This document shows, in pieces, positions 1-10,650 of a stretch of 64,000 bases of DNA (the first letter of the stretch is position 1; every line of letters starts with the position of its first letter). The translations under genes and the position numbers were made by a program. The notes beneath the pieces are model-generated. The model saw only the letters and a program-made list of their open reading frames with translations. It had not been told where the DNA came from and made no database searches. The DNA lies in contig CAWHIA010000007.1 in assembly GCA_963829155.1 (NCBI GenBank), forward strand, positions 34,288 through 98,287. Direction: 5' to 3'. This DNA comes from an uncultured Chloroflexia bacterium. Its GTDB lineage: Bacteria > Chloroflexota > Limnocylindria > Limnocylindrales > CSP1-4.

Positions 1-64
1 GCTCGAAGCCGAACAGCACGCCCCCGATCGTCTGTCCGAGCGGCGGCTTCTTGCGCGCGGTCAC
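1..64 (-). CDS. 5' end of an unidentified CDS running off the window (first 21 codons MTARKKPPLGQTIGGVLFGFE)
   Basis: GTG at 64-62 overlaps the TGA stop of the MFS gene (GTGA coupling). Third codon positions are nearly all G/C. Too short to assign a family. Confidence 0.25.
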   Translation of the reverse strand, partial: MTARKKPPLGQTIGGVLFGFE

Positions 65-1377
65 GCGGCGCCCGTGCCCAGCGCTGCCGCAGGCGCCTCC
101 GGACCCGGCCGCTTGATCGTGAGCGCCCCGATGCCGGCCATCACGGCGAGCCAGCCGGCGAAGACGAACGCGGCCGTGTAGTTGCCGACGTTGTCGCGGA
201 TCAGGCCGGCGACGACGGCCAGGATCGCGGCGCCGAACATGTGCGCGAAGTACACCCACCCGTAGACGATGCCGACGTTGCGGCGGCCGAACGTGTCGGC
301 GACCAGCGCGACCGTGGGCGGCACCGTGGCGATGTAGTCGAGCCCGAACAGGACCGCGAACCCGACGATGTCGAGGTTGTCGTGGATGAAGGGCAGGTAC
401 AGCAGGCTCAGGCCGCGGAAGGTGTAGTAGACGAGCAGCAGCTTCCGCGGGTCGACGCGATCGGTGAGCCAGCCCGACGCGATCGTGCCCACGAAGTTGA
501 ACGCGCCCATCACGGCCAGCGCGCCGGAGGCGGTCACCGGCGTGAAGCCGTGATCCACGGCGTGCGCGATGAAGTGCTGGCCCACCACCCCGTTCGACGT
601 CGCGCCGCAGATGAAGAACGTCCCGGCCAGGATCCAGAACGTCCACGAGCGGGTCGCGCGACGCATGATCCCGGGCTCTGCGTGGAGCGGCTCGGGCGGG
701 GTCTGGTCCGTGGCACCCCGGGCCAGCTCACCGACGTCGGACGGCCGCTCGCGCAGGAGGATCGCCGCGGGGACGGCCGCCGCGATCAGCAGGACCGCCA
801 TCGCCAGCGTCGCCTGGCGCCAGCCGAGCGTGACCGCGATCACCGTGAGCAGCGGGAAGAAGATCAGCTGGCCGGCGCTGGAGCTCGCCCCGAACACGCC
901 GACGACGAGGCCGCGGCCGCGGACGAACCAGCGGTTCGCGATCACGGGCCCGAGCGAGCTCGCGACGAGCCCCGCACCGAACCCGGCCACGAGCCCGAAC
1001 AGCAGGACCAGCTGCCACAGCTCGCGCGAGAACGACGAGGCGCCCATCCCGAACGCCGTCAGCAGCATCGCCCCGACGGTCAGCCGCCGGATGCCGAATC
1101 GATCGATGAGCAGGCCCGAGACCGGCCCGCCGAGGCCGAGCAGGAGGAGCCCGGCCGCGCCGGCGAGCGAGACCTCCGCGACCGACCAGCCGGTGTCCGC
1201 CTGGATGCCGAGGAGCAGCGCACCGGGGGCGGCGCGCGTGCCCGCGCCGATGAGCACGCAGGCCGCGGCCACGAGCAGGACGATCCAGCCGTACCGGAAG
1301 CGCCCCGTGCGGGACGTCGCCGGTTGAGAGACGCTGGCGGTCAGGCCCGTGGTGGCGGGCGCAGCATCGGTGCGCAT
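61..1377 (-). CDS. MFS transporter
   Basis: 438-aa ORF with about 12 hydrophobic spans and the MFS loop signature GLLIDRFGIRR after TM2. The overlapping + strand ORFs (241..1497, 569..1327) are Arg/Pro-rich shadow frames. Confidence 0.85.
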   Translation of the reverse strand: MRTDAAPATTGLTASVSQPATSRTGRFRYGWIVLLVAAACVLIGAGTRAAPGALLLGIQADTGWSVAEVSLAGAAGLLLLGLGGPVSGLLIDRFGIRRLTVGAMLLTAFGMGASSFSRELWQLVLLFGLVAGFGAGLVASSLGPVIANRWFVRGRGLVVGVFGASSSAGQLIFFPLLTVIAVTLGWRQATLAMAVLLIAAAVPAAILLRERPSDVGELARGATDQTPPEPLHAEPGIMRRATRSWTFWILAGTFFICGATSNGVVGQHFIAHAVDHGFTPVTASGALAVMGAFNFVGTIASGWLTDRVDPRKLLLVYYTFRGLSLLYLPFIHDNLDIVGFAVLFGLDYIATVPPTVALVADTFGRRNVGIVYGWVYFAHMFGAAILAVVAGLIRDNVGNYTAAFVFAGWLAVMAGIGALTIKRPGPEAPAAALGTGAA

Positions 1378-1382
1378 GGCTG

Positions 1383-1404
1383 GGCCGCGATTGTAGGCGC
1401 GGCC
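1383..1404 (-). terminator. 7-bp GC hairpin (GGCCGCG-N8-CGCGGCC) between kamA and the MFS gene
   Basis: Inverted repeat read directly from the sequence. There is no U-tract, so it could be an attenuator or processing site rather than a terminator. Confidence 0.3.
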
Positions 1405-1424
1405 TCAGTCAGGTCGCGAGCGCG

Positions 1425-3023
1425 TCAGAGCAGCTCGTGGTTCGCGGTGGCGGTCGGCAGGCCCTCGGCCGGACGCGGCTCCTCGCCCGGGCCGTAGACC
1501 CGCTTCGGCTCGACGCCGCTGGCGCCGTTCGCCTCGGATGCGGCGACGCCGGCCTCGAGGACCGGGAGCTGCGTGCCGCCGACGGTCGCCTGGCCCTCGA
1601 TCGCCCCGACGCCGTACGGCACCCACTTGGCGGGGTCCTTGAGGCGGTGCATCTCGTCCGTGCCGCGCGAGTGGACCTGGTCGAAGCCCGACGGCTCGAT
1701 CCACATCCGCTTGCCGTCGAGCAGGCCCGTGATGCCTTCCTGACCCGGCTCGGGGCGCGGGTTCTGGCAGTACTGGCAGCTCGCCTTGTCGTGCGGCGTG
1801 TAGTCGGTCGGCTCCTCGTAGGTCGTGATGTAGCCCTCGTAGTTGCGGAGCACCACCTTGTGGTCCGAGTAGCTCACGAGGTAGTTGGGCATGACCGGGA
1901 TCTTGCCGCCGCCACCGGGCGCGTCGACGATGAACTGCGGGACCGCGTAGCCCGACGTGTGGCCGCGCAGGCCCTCGATGATCTCGAGGCCCTTGCCGAC
2001 CGGCGTCCGGAAGTGGCCGGCGCCCTCGACCAGGTCGCACTGGTAGATGTAGTAGGGCCGGGTGCGGATCTCGACCAGCCGCTGCACCAGCTCGCGCTGG
2101 ATGTGCACGCAGTCGTTGACCCCGGCGAGCAGCACGGACTGGTTGCCCAGCGGGATCCCGGCGCGGCTCAGCGTGTCGCAGGCGCGCGCGAGCTCGGGCG
2201 TGATCTCGTTGGGGTGGTTGACGTGGATGTTCATCCACAGCGGGTGGTACTTGGCGAGCATCTCGCCGAGCGCCTCGTCGATCCGCTGCGGCAGGAACAC
2301 CGGCACGCGCGAGCCGATCCGGATGATCTCGACGTGCGGGATCTCGCGCAGGCCGCGGATCGCCGACTCGAGCAGCTTGGGGGCGAGCGTCAGGCCGTCG
2401 CCGCCCGAGATCAGCACGTCGCGGATCTGGGGCGTCCGGCGGATGTAGTCGAGCTGTGCCTCGTGCTCGCGGCGGTTGAAGTTCTGGGTCGGGTCGCCGA
2501 CGATCCGGCTGCGCGTGCAGTAGCGGCAGTAGCTGGCGCACTGCGTCGTGATCAGCATCAGGACGCGGTCCGGGTAGCGATGGACGAGCCCGGGGACGGG
2601 CGAGTGCCGGTCCTCCGCGAGGCTGTCCTCCATCATCCCGGTGAAGCTCGTCAGCTCGCGCCCCAGCGGGATGATCTGGCGGCGGATCGGGTCGTTCGGG
2701 TCCTTGGGATCGATCAGGCTGATGAAGTAGGGCGTGACGTCGACCCGGAACTTGTCGGGCGCCGACAGGCCCTCGCGCTCCTCATCGGTCAGCTCGAGGA
2801 TCTGCTCGATCTCGGCGAGCTCGTTGACCCGGTTCGACAGCTGCCATTTCCAGTCGTTCCACTTCTCGTCGGGAACGTCCTCCCAGATCGGCGCCCGGCG
2901 GCTGACCGCGGGCTTCCCGTCGGGGCCGAGCTTGCGCGCCGGGTCGCGCTGGTTGACGAACGGCGTCTCGTCGGCCGCCGTCAGCGAACGCGGCTCGTGC
3001 TGCACCCGCGCCTCCGACTCCAT
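1425..3023 (-). CDS. kamA: lysine 2,3-aminomutase family radical-SAM enzyme with a C-terminal extension of about 90 aa
   Basis: 532 aa with the radical-SAM CxxxCxxC motif in TTQCASYCRYCTRS and the conserved VDAPGGGGKIP PLP-lysine region. GGGAGG lies 6 nt upstream of ATG 3023. Confidence 0.9.
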   Translation of the reverse strand: MESEARVQHEPRSLTAADETPFVNQRDPARKLGPDGKPAVSRRAPIWEDVPDEKWNDWKWQLSNRVNELAEIEQILELTDEEREGLSAPDKFRVDVTPYFISLIDPKDPNDPIRRQIIPLGRELTSFTGMMEDSLAEDRHSPVPGLVHRYPDRVLMLITTQCASYCRYCTRSRIVGDPTQNFNRREHEAQLDYIRRTPQIRDVLISGGDGLTLAPKLLESAIRGLREIPHVEIIRIGSRVPVFLPQRIDEALGEMLAKYHPLWMNIHVNHPNEITPELARACDTLSRAGIPLGNQSVLLAGVNDCVHIQRELVQRLVEIRTRPYYIYQCDLVEGAGHFRTPVGKGLEIIEGLRGHTSGYAVPQFIVDAPGGGGKIPVMPNYLVSYSDHKVVLRNYEGYITTYEEPTDYTPHDKASCQYCQNPRPEPGQEGITGLLDGKRMWIEPSGFDQVHSRGTDEMHRLKDPAKWVPYGVGAIEGQATVGGTQLPVLEAGVAASEANGASGVEPKRVYGPGEEPRPAEGLPTATANHELL

Positions 3024-3049
3024 CCAGGTCCTCCCGATGCATAGATCCT

Positions 3050-3100
3050 ATTCACTGTGAATGGAACGGGATCATACAGAAGGCCAGGAAACGGCGTCTA
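3050..3100 (-). promoter_or_regulatory. candidate kamA promoter (TAGACG-N17-TATGAT on the - strand) with palindrome ATTCAC-T-GTGAAT at the predicted start site
   Basis: -10 is the complement of 3072-3077 and the -35-like hexamer is the complement of 3095-3100. A perfect 6+1+6 palindrome sits at 3050-3062, in a local GC dip. Confidence 0.35.
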
Positions 3101-3140
3101 TGGGACCTCCCGGTCAGGCGTCCCATGCAGGTCTTCACGT

Positions 3141-3166
3141 CGCGTCGCGCCGAGGCCGGCGACGCG
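3141..3166 (-). terminator. hairpin (CGCGTCGC-N10-GCGACGCG) just downstream of the 111-aa membrane-protein gene
   Basis: 8-bp GC stem about 15 nt after the stop at 3182. No U-tract. Confidence 0.35.
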
Positions 3167-3181
3167 TGACGGCGCCGCGGG

Positions 3182-3517
3182 TCAGTCGCCGATGACGCTC
3201 CAGGCGAGGCCCATGATGATGAAGAAGCCGCTGAACAGCGCGATCAGGCCGAGTCCGCCGTAGGGCGAGCTGGCGCCTTCGTGAGGCACGAGCTGGAGGC
3301 CGATCCCGAACACGAGCGCCCACAGGATGAACAGGATCGTGAACAGGATCTTGGCGTTGGGGCCGGTCACCCGCTTGACCCAGCCCTGGCGGCCGCCCTC
3401 GGCGACCATCGCGGACTTGGCGAAGATGAAGATGAACGCGGCGGCGATCGCGGACGCGGTGATCAGGATCACGAAGTTGTTCGGGAAGTTCTGGAACCAG
3501 ATCGTGAAGATCGTCAC
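3182..3517 (-). CDS. small integral membrane protein (3-4 TM), family not recognised
   Basis: 111-aa ORF with strongly hydrophobic segments (FVILITASAIAAAFIFIF, ILFTILFILWALVFGIGL, LIALFSGFFIIMGLAW) and a GC3-rich frame. Confidence 0.6.
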   Translation of the reverse strand: MTIFTIWFQNFPNNFVILITASAIAAAFIFIFAKSAMVAEGGRQGWVKRVTGPNAKILFTILFILWALVFGIGLQLVPHEGASSPYGGLGLIALFSGFFIIMGLAWSVIGD

Positions 3518-3632
3518 GCGGGAGCCTCGGAGGGGGATGGCGGGTCGCGACGGCTGGCCAGGTCGACTGGCCGATCGATCCTAGCAGAATGGGACTTCCC
3601 GCCACGGGCGCCGGAATCGCGTCCGGTGTAAC

Positions 3633-5933
3633 ATGCTACTTGTGAGCCGCACGTTACGAGACCGCCTCAGCTTCGACGCCCTCGGCCGGTTCACCGTGCG
3701 CCGGCGGTGGTGGATCCTCGCCACCTGGGCGGTCGTCCTGGTCGCCGCGGTCCCGTTCGCGCCGCGGGCGCCGGCGGCGCTGTCGGCCGGCGGTTTCATC
3801 CTCGACGACCTCGAGTCCGCCCGGGCGAAGCAGCTGCTCCAGGACGAGCTCGGCGTCGAGGCCTCGGCGTTCGTCCTCCTGTACACGTCGGACACCCTGA
3901 CCGCCGGGACGCCCGAGTGGCAGGCGGCGGTCGAGGCCGCGACCCGGGACGTCGCCGGCGCGCCGCACGTGACCCGGATCCTGTCGCACGTCCTCGCCCC
4001 CAGCCAGGTCGCCGCCGACGGCCACACCGCCTACGACATCGTGTTCCTCGACCTCCCGCCCGACGACTCGCCCAACGCGATCCCCGGGGTGCTGGCCCGC
4101 CTCCACGACGTCCCGGGCCTGACCGTGCGGACCGGCGGCGGGCCCGCGTTCTACGGCGACGTCCAGGCCGTGACCGAGACGGACCTGCAGCGCTCGGAGG
4201 TGATCTCGCTGCCGCTGGCCGCGCTCGCGCTGGTGTTCGTGTTCGGCTCGCTGGTCGCGGCCGGCGTGCCGCTCGCCGTCGGCGGGGCCGCGGTGCTGGT
4301 GGCGCTGGCGGCGATCTTCGTCGTCGCGTCGGTGATGCCGATGAGCGTGTTCGTGCTCAACCTCGCCACGCTCCTCGGGCTGGGCCTGAGCATCGACTAC
4401 TCGCTGTTGATGACCAGCCGCTTCCGCGAGGAGCTGGCGAACCGCGACGGGCCCGACAGGGTGGCCGAGGCGGTCCGCGTGACGGTCGCGACGGCGGGCC
4501 GGGCGGTGTTCTTCTCCGGCCTGACCGTGCTCCTCGGACTGCTGGGCCTCGTCCTGTTCGAGTTCATGATCCTGCGCTCGGTCGGGATCGCGGGGGCCAT
4601 CGTGGTGGGCCTCGCGGTGGCCTCGGCGCTGACGCTGCTGCCGGCGATCCTCGCGGTCGTCGGGACGCGGATCGACCGGCTGGCCGTGCGACGGGTCACC
4701 GTCACGCCGGGCGCCGACGGGCCGTGGGCGCGGCTGGCGCGGCGGGTGATGCGCCACCCGGTGGCCGTGCTCGTGCCGACGCTGTCGTTCCTGCTCCTGC
4801 TCGGCGTCCCGTTCCTGCACGTCCGGTTCAACGCCCCGGACTCGACGATCCTGCCGCCGTCGGTCCCGTCCCGGGAGGCCTACGACATCCTCGCCCGCGA
4901 GTTCGGGGAAGGCGAGTTCGCGCCGCTCGCGCTCGCGATCCGGACGACCGGCGACGCCACCACGCCGGACAACGTCGCGAAGCTGTACGACTACTCCCGA
5001 CGGCTCGGGGCCGACCCGCGGATCAGCCGGGTGGTCAGCCTCGTCGACGTGGACCCGCGGCTGACGCTCGCGCAGTACCAGCTGCTCTACGCCGCTCCGG
5101 GCGGTCCGCCGGACCGGTTCGTGGCCACCGCGCTGGGCGCGACGACCAAGGGCGACCTCACGGCGTTCACCGTCTACACGCGCTACGGACCGAACCGCGA
5201 CGAAGGCCGGGCGCTGGTCCACGAGCTCCGCGACCCGGCGAGCCCGCTCGCGCCGCCCGCGGGCGTCTCGGTGCTGGTCGGCGGCGGCGCCGCTGACGTC
5301 GACGACGTCGTGTCGCGCGTGTGGGCGGACTTCCCGCGAACGGCGCTGTTCATCGTCGTCACGACCTTCCTCGTGCTGTTCGCCCTCCTCCGGTCGGTGG
5401 TGCTGCCGATCAAGGCGCTGGTCATGAACACGCTCTCGATCGTGGCCAGCTTCGGCGCCCTCGTCTGGATCTTCCAGGACGGCAACCTGTCGGCGGCGCT
5501 CGGGTTCCAGCCGCTCGGCTTCGTCGAGACCACCCAGCCGGTGATCCTGTTCTGCGTCCTGTTCGGGCTGTCGATGGACTACGAGGTCTTCCTGCTCACG
5601 CGGATGAAGGAGGTCTGGGACCGGACGCACGACAACACCGAGGCGGTCGCGCGGGGCCTCGAGCGCAGCGGCCGGATCATCACGTCGGCCGCGCTGATCG
5701 TGATCGTCGTCGCGAGCTCGTTCGCGTTCGCCGACATCGTGCTGATCAAGGCCCTCGGGATCGGCATCGCGATCGCCGTGGCGCTCGATGCCACGGTGGT
5801 CCGCGCCCTGCTCGTCCCCGCGACGATGCGGCTGCTGGGCCATTGGAACTGGTGGATGCCGGCCCGGCTGGACCGGGCGATCGGCCGCATCCTGCCGCGC
5901 ACCGAGGCCGACGCCGAGGCGGCCGCCCGATGA
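3633..5933 (+). CDS. MMPL/RND-superfamily membrane transporter
   Basis: 766 aa with the duplicated architecture (TM1, large extracytoplasmic loop, 5-TM bundle; repeated) and MMPL-type motifs such as GLSIDYSLLMTSRFREE and GLSMDYEVFLLTRMKE. Confidence 0.9.
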   Translation: MLLVSRTLRDRLSFDALGRFTVRRRWWILATWAVVLVAAVPFAPRAPAALSAGGFILDDLESARAKQLLQDELGVEASAFVLLYTSDTLTAGTPEWQAAVEAATRDVAGAPHVTRILSHVLAPSQVAADGHTAYDIVFLDLPPDDSPNAIPGVLARLHDVPGLTVRTGGGPAFYGDVQAVTETDLQRSEVISLPLAALALVFVFGSLVAAGVPLAVGGAAVLVALAAIFVVASVMPMSVFVLNLATLLGLGLSIDYSLLMTSRFREELANRDGPDRVAEAVRVTVATAGRAVFFSGLTVLLGLLGLVLFEFMILRSVGIAGAIVVGLAVASALTLLPAILAVVGTRIDRLAVRRVTVTPGADGPWARLARRVMRHPVAVLVPTLSFLLLLGVPFLHVRFNAPDSTILPPSVPSREAYDILAREFGEGEFAPLALAIRTTGDATTPDNVAKLYDYSRRLGADPRISRVVSLVDVDPRLTLAQYQLLYAAPGGPPDRFVATALGATTKGDLTAFTVYTRYGPNRDEGRALVHELRDPASPLAPPAGVSVLVGGGAADVDDVVSRVWADFPRTALFIVVTTFLVLFALLRSVVLPIKALVMNTLSIVASFGALVWIFQDGNLSAALGFQPLGFVETTQPVILFCVLFGLSMDYEVFLLTRMKEVWDRTHDNTEAVARGLERSGRIITSAALIVIVVASSFAFADIVLIKALGIGIAIAVALDATVVRALLVPATMRLLGHWNWWMPARLDRAIGRILPRTEADAEAAAR

Positions 5934-6029
5934 GGCGCCTCGCCGCGCTCCTCGCCGTCGCCGCCATCGCGCGCGTCGGCGGCCGGCTGCGGTGGACCCG
6001 TCCTGGCCAACCCGGCCGCGCCGCATCCG

Positions 6030-7082
6030 GTGGCTGCCCCGGTCCCCTCGCCCACCCTCCGCCCGCCCGACCCCCAGCCCGTCGTCCTGCCCGGCGACGA
6101 CGCCCCGCACGACCGGCTGACCGAGTGGTGGTACGACACCGGCCACCTCCGGGCCGCGGACGGGCGGCGCTTCGGATTCGAGCTGGTGGTGTTCCGCGCC
6201 GAGCGTGGCGGCTTCCCGGTGTCGTGGGCCTCGCATCTCGCGCTGACGGACGAGACCGGCGGGGCCTTCCACTACGCGCAGCGGAGCGAGATCGGGCCGC
6301 AGGTGGACCGGTCGCCGCGGGACGGTGACACGGCACACGAATACGCGTTCGCGGTCGACGGCACGGCCGGGAGCACGCCCTGGTCGATGGCCGGCGGCGG
6401 CGGCACGGACCAGCTGCGGGCGATGGCCACGGGCGACGAGGTCGGCGGGGACCCGGTGGCCGGATTCGGCCTCGACCTACGCCTTGCCGCCCGCAAGCCG
6501 GCGGTTCTCCACGACGGCGACGGCTGGATCGACTTCGGCCCAGCGGGCGGCTCGTACTACTACTCCCGGACCGACATGGCGGCGACCGGGACGGTCACGC
6601 TGGGCGACGAGACCATGGCGGTCGAGGGCGACGCCTGGTTCGACCACCAGTGGGGCGACTTCATCTCGGTGGGCGCGGGGGGCTGGGACTGGTTCGCGGT
6701 GAACCTCGACGACGGTACCGACCTCACGCTGTCGCTCGTCCGGGCGGCCGATGGGACGTATCCACTGGTGTACGGGACGCTCGTCGACGCCGACGGACGC
6801 GCCCGGCACATCGACGCGGCGGCGTTCACCGTCGACGTGACCGACCACTGGACCAGCCCGTCGACCGGCGCCACCTACCCGGCGGGCTGGCGGGTGGCGC
6901 TGCCGAGCGAGGGCCTCGAGATCCACATGCGGCCGACCGTCCCCCAGCAGGAGCTGGACACGCGGGCGACGACCGGCGTCGTGTACTGGGAGGGCTCCCA
7001 GGTCGTGACGGCGACCCGCGACGGCCGCCAGCTGGGCGGCGAGGGCTACGTCGAGCTGACGGGGTACGCCGGCGACCGCTGA
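6030..7082 (+). CDS. AttH/CrtC-like lipocalin-domain protein (probable lipoprotein whose signal peptide lies upstream in another frame)
   Basis: [10 protein letters not shown] motif and beta-rich repeat typical of AttH-like proteins. An ATG at 5930 (ATGA overlap with the MMPL stop) encodes MRRLAALLAVAAIA, and the lipobox AAGC at about 5982-5990 is already in the 6030 frame, implying a 1-nt break near 5965-5975. Confidence 0.75.
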   Translation: MAAPVPSPTLRPPDPQPVVLPGDDAPHDRLTEWWYDTGHLRAADGRRFGFELVVFRAERGGFPVSWASHLALTDETGGAFHYAQRSEIGPQVDRSPRDGDTAHEYAFAVDGTAGSTPWSMAGGGGTDQLRAMATGDEVGGDPVAGFGLDLRLAARKPAVLHDGDGWIDFGPAGGSYYYSRTDMAATGTVTLGDETMAVEGDAWFDHQWGDFISVGAGGWDWFAVNLDDGTDLTLSLVRAADGTYPLVYGTLVDADGRARHIDAAAFTVDVTDHWTSPSTGATYPAGWRVALPSEGLEIHMRPTVPQQELDTRATTGVVYWEGSQVVTATRDGRQLGGEGYVELTGYAGDR

Positions 7083-7110
7083 CCGCGCGCGTCGCGAGCA
7101 GCGTGCGCGC

Positions 7111-8408
7111 TCACGCCCATTCCGGGCCGTCCGGGTAGCGGAACCGGGCCAGCGTCTCGGGCGCGGATCTCGGCCGAGTACCCGGGGAGCGACGGCAGCA
7201 CGTACGAGCCGCGCCGGATCACGACCGGGTCGAGGAAGTGCTCGTGCAGGTGGTCGACGTACTCGACCATCCGGCCGTCGAGCGAGCCGCTGACCGCGAT
7301 GTAGTCGAAGGCCGCGAGGTGCTGCACGAGCTCGCACAGGCCGACGCCGCCGGCGTGCGGGCAGACCGGGACGCCGAACCGCGCCGCCAGCAGCAGGACC
7401 GCGACCACCTCGTTGACGCCGCCGAGCCGGCAGGCGTCGATCTGGCACACGCCCATCGCCCCGGCCGCGAGGAACTGCTTGAACATGATCCGGTTCTGCA
7501 CGTGCTCGCCGGTCGCGACGCGGATCGGCGCCACGCGCGCGGGCGATCGCCGCGTGGCCCAGGACGTCGTCGGGGCTGGTCGGCTCCTCGATCCAGTACG
7601 GGTCGAACGGGCGAAGCCGTTCCATCCACGCGATCGCCGAGCCGACGTCCCACCGCTGGTTGGCGTCGACCGCCAGCATCCGGTCCGGCCCCAGCTCCTC
7701 GCGCAGGATCGCCGCCCGCCGCACGTCGTCCTCGACGTCGGCCCCGACCTTCATCTTGAACCGGGTCCAGCCGTCCGCCAGCGCCTCGCGAGCGAGCCGT
7801 CGGACCTTCGCGTCGTCGTAGCCCAGCCAGCCCACCGAGGTCGTGTAGGCCGGATAGCCGTCGGCGAGGAGCTCGGCCGTCCGGGCCTCCCGGCCGGGCA
7901 CGGCGGCCTCGAGGAGGACCAGCGCCTGCTCCGGGGTCAGCGCGTCGGTGAGGTAGCGGAAGTCGACCAGCGCGACGATCTCGGCCGGCGTCATCTCCGC
8001 CAGCAGCCGCCATAGGGGCTTGCCCGCGCGCTTGGCGACGAGGTCCCACACGGCGTTGACGACCGCGGCGGTCGCGAGGTGGATCGCCCCCTTCTCGGGC
8101 CCGATCCAGCGCAGCTGGCTGTCACCGACCATCGCCCGCCAGAACCCGCCGAGGTCCTGCGCCGTCGCCTCGACGTCGAGGCCCACCACCAGCGGCCGCA
8201 GCGCGTCGACGGCCGCCACGACCACCTCCGTCCCGCGGCCGATCGTGAACGTGAGCCCATGGCCCTCGAAGCCATCCTCGGCGTCGGTGCGCAGGATCAC
8301 GTACGCCGCCGAATAGTCGGGATCGGGGTTCATCGCGTCCGAGCCGTCGAGGGACCGTGAGGTCGGGAAGCGCAGGTCGACGACCTCGAGGCTCACGATC
8401 CGCGTCAT
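7111..8408 (-). pseudogene. fucD: L-fuconate dehydratase-like enolase-superfamily enzyme, reading frame broken twice
   Basis: Starts at ATG 8408 ([17 protein letters not shown]...[11 protein letters not shown]). It continues in ORF 7046..7534 ([19 protein letters not shown]...PGYSAEIR) and finishes in a third frame ([16 protein letters not shown], stop 7111-7113). Breaks are near 7534-7541 and 7158-7165. Confidence 0.85.
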
Positions 8409-8413
8409 CGACC

Positions 8414-9439
8414 TCAGCCCTTCAGCGCGCCGACGAGGATGCCCCGCGTGATGAAACGCTCGAGCAGGATCGCCATCACGACGACCGGCGTGATCATGAT
8501 CAGGATCAGCACCGACATCGCCCACCACTGAGGTCCGCGGGTCGCGTTCTGGGCGGCGACCTGGAGGGGCATCGTCTGGGCGTCGGCACTGGTCAGGACG
8601 AGCGCGATCAGGAACTCGTTCCACGAGAAGATCAGCACGATGAGGAACGTGGCGACGAGGCCGGGCACCGAGATCGGCAGCACGATCGAGCGCACGATCC
8701 GGTAGATCGAGGCGCCATCGACCGCCGCCGACTCCTCGAGCTCGCGCGGCAGCGATGCGAAGTAGTCGCGCATCAGCCAGACCACGATCGGGATGCTGGT
8801 GGCGACGTAGGTGACGATGAGCGCGGGCAGACTGTCCAGCAGCCCTATTTGCTGGAACAGGACATACAGCGGGATGGCAACGGCGATCGGCGGCAGGATC
8901 CGCTGCGAGATCAGCCAGAATGCGATGTCGCTGTTGGCGAGGGCCCACGTGAACCGCCGGGCGACAGCCTGAGCGAGGATCGCGAACACCGCCGCGGCCG
9001 CCGCGAGCATGAGGGCGGGCGGACCGCCGAGGAGCATCCCCACGAACGCGATCGCGCCGCTGAAGATGAACAGTCCGATCAAGGCGACCTTGGGCCGGTA
9101 GGTGAACCGGACCAGCGCGTACGCCGTCGCCGAGCCCAGGATCAGCGCGATGACCGAGCTCGACAGGCCCACGATCATCGTGTTCACGTACGGCCGGAGC
9201 GTGTCGTTGCCCAGCTCGACCAGGATGTAGTGCCAGGCGTCGAGGGTCGGTACGAAGTCGACGAACGGGATGTAGAACGGGCCCTTGTCGACCTGGTACG
9301 GGGTCTTGAACGAGGTGACGAACAGCCAGTAGATGGGGAACAGGACGACGAACGTCCAGCCGAGCAGCGCCAGGAACGCCGCGAACTTGGCGGGCGGCGA
9401 CAGGTCCGAGGTGGACTTGCGACGGAACGGGTTGCTCAT
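8414..9439 (-). CDS. carbohydrate ABC transporter permease (MalG-like)
   Basis: Begins at MSNPFRRKS inside ORF 8414..10498. It has 6 TM segments and the EAA-type loop [20 protein letters not shown]. Its ATG overlaps the upstream stop (ATGA). Confidence 0.9.
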   Translation of the reverse strand: MSNPFRRKSTSDLSPPAKFAAFLALLGWTFVVLFPIYWLFVTSFKTPYQVDKGPFYIPFVDFVPTLDAWHYILVELGNDTLRPYVNTMIVGLSSSVIALILGSATAYALVRFTYRPKVALIGLFIFSGAIAFVGMLLGGPPALMLAAAAAVFAILAQAVARRFTWALANSDIAFWLISQRILPPIAVAIPLYVLFQQIGLLDSLPALIVTYVATSIPIVVWLMRDYFASLPRELEESAAVDGASIYRIVRSIVLPISVPGLVATFLIVLIFSWNEFLIALVLTSADAQTMPLQVAAQNATRGPQWWAMSVLILIMITPVVVMAILLERFITRGILVGALKG

Positions 9440-10650
9440 ACGACGGTCGTCACCCGGCGCCGGACGTAGCTCACGTAGAGCGTGGCGATGATCGTGACCA
9501 GGATCAGCAGCAGGTAGGCGACCGCCGCGCTGCGGCCGAGGTTGAGCGTGTTCCAGTCGATCCACGCCTGGAGCGTGAGCGACTGCGTCGCCGTCCCGGG
9601 GCCGCCACCGAGCAGGATGTTGGGCATGTCGATGATCTTGAAGCCCTCGATGAGCCGGATGAGGACGATCGTGGTGGTGACCGGCAGCAGGGCCGGCATC
9701 GTGATGTGCAGGAACGACTGCCGGCGGCTGGCGCCGTCGACCAGGGCGGCCTCGTGGACCTCCTGGTCGAGACCCTCCAGTGCGGCCAGCAGGACGATGA
9801 ACACGAACGGCGTCCACTGCCACGTGTCGCCGATCACGACGGCCGCACGCGCCAGCCACGGGTCGGTGACCCAGGTGAAGTTCCGCAGGCCGAGCTGGAT
9901 CCACAGCGGCTCGAGCGGTCCCTTCGAAGTGTCGGTCATCATCAGGAACATGTAGCCGACGCCCACCGGTGTGATCGTCAGCGGGATCAGGAACACCACC
10001 CGGAAGAACTTGCGCCAGGGGACCTGCTGGACGGCCAGCAGGGCGAGGCCCAGGCCGAGGCTCACCTGGAGCGCGATCCCTGCGAACACGAAGATCAGGG
10101 TGACGATCAGCGCGCCCGGACGGCCGCCGTCGCTGAGCAGGGCCTGCACCAGGAGGTAGACGAAGCCGACCAGCAGCAGGCCGGCGAACAGGCGCAGCAC
10201 GAGCCCGAATGGGCCGTACCGACCGCTGCGGACCGCGCGGGTCCACGCGATGGTGACCAGCGCGATCGTCAGCCCGACGACCAGCCAGCCGATGACGTTG
10301 GGCGGCTTCAGCACGCCGATGAAGTGGCTGCGCTCGAGGCCGAACAGGAGCTGCTGGTAGTTGGCGAAGCCGATGAACTTGAGATCGACCCCGCCCTTGC
10401 TGAACTGGAGTCGCGACAGCGACAGGGCGACGGACGCGACGAGCGGAAACAGCGACAGGCACAGGATGACGATGACGGTGGGCCAGATGAACAGCCATCT
10501 GGCCGTGCCGTCGGAGCGAACGGCGCCGAGCGTCGTGGACGCTCGGCGCGAGAAGCGGCTGGTGGTGCTAGCGCTGGACGCCAAGGCTCGCGATGTACGC
10601 GGCGAGCTGCTTGTCCTTGCCTGCCTCGTCGGTGATGGCATTCCAGCCAT
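9436..10650 (-). CDS. carbohydrate ABC transporter permease (MalF-like); start codon uncertain
   Basis: Contains the EAA loop [20 protein letters not shown]. No ATG/GTG/TTG lies in frame between the binding-protein stop (10568) and the first TM ([10 protein letters not shown]), so the nearest starts (10650, 10641) overlap the upstream gene by about 75-85 nt. Confidence 0.75.
   Translation of the reverse strand: MAGMPSPTRQARTSSSPRTSRALASSASTTSRFSRRASTTLGAVRSDGTARWLFIWPTVIVILCLSLFPLVASVALSLSRLQFSKGGVDLKFIGFANYQQLLFGLERSHFIGVLKPPNVIGWLVVGLTIALVTIAWTRAVRSGRYGPFGLVLRLFAGLLLVGFVYLLVQALLSDGGRPGALIVTLIFVFAGIALQVSLGLGLALLAVQQVPWRKFFRVVFLIPLTITPVGVGYMFLMMTDTSKGPLEPLWIQLGLRNFTWVTDPWLARAAVVIGDTWQWTPFVFIVLLAALEGLDQEVHEAALVDGASRRQSFLHITMPALLPVTTTIVLIRLIEGFKIIDMPNILLGGGPGTATQSLTLQAWIDWNTLNLGRSAAVAYLLLILVTIIATLYVSYVRRRVTTVV

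Noticed and set aside
3654-6338. 894-aa - strand ORF, plus similar long antisense or alternative-frame ORFs (34446..36533, 42748..45249, 46598..49060, 15592..17304, 21362..23536, 8414..10498 upstream part)
   Set aside because: All overlap genes with clear family signatures on the other strand or in another frame, and none has recognisable motifs. They are treated as GC-driven shadow ORFs.
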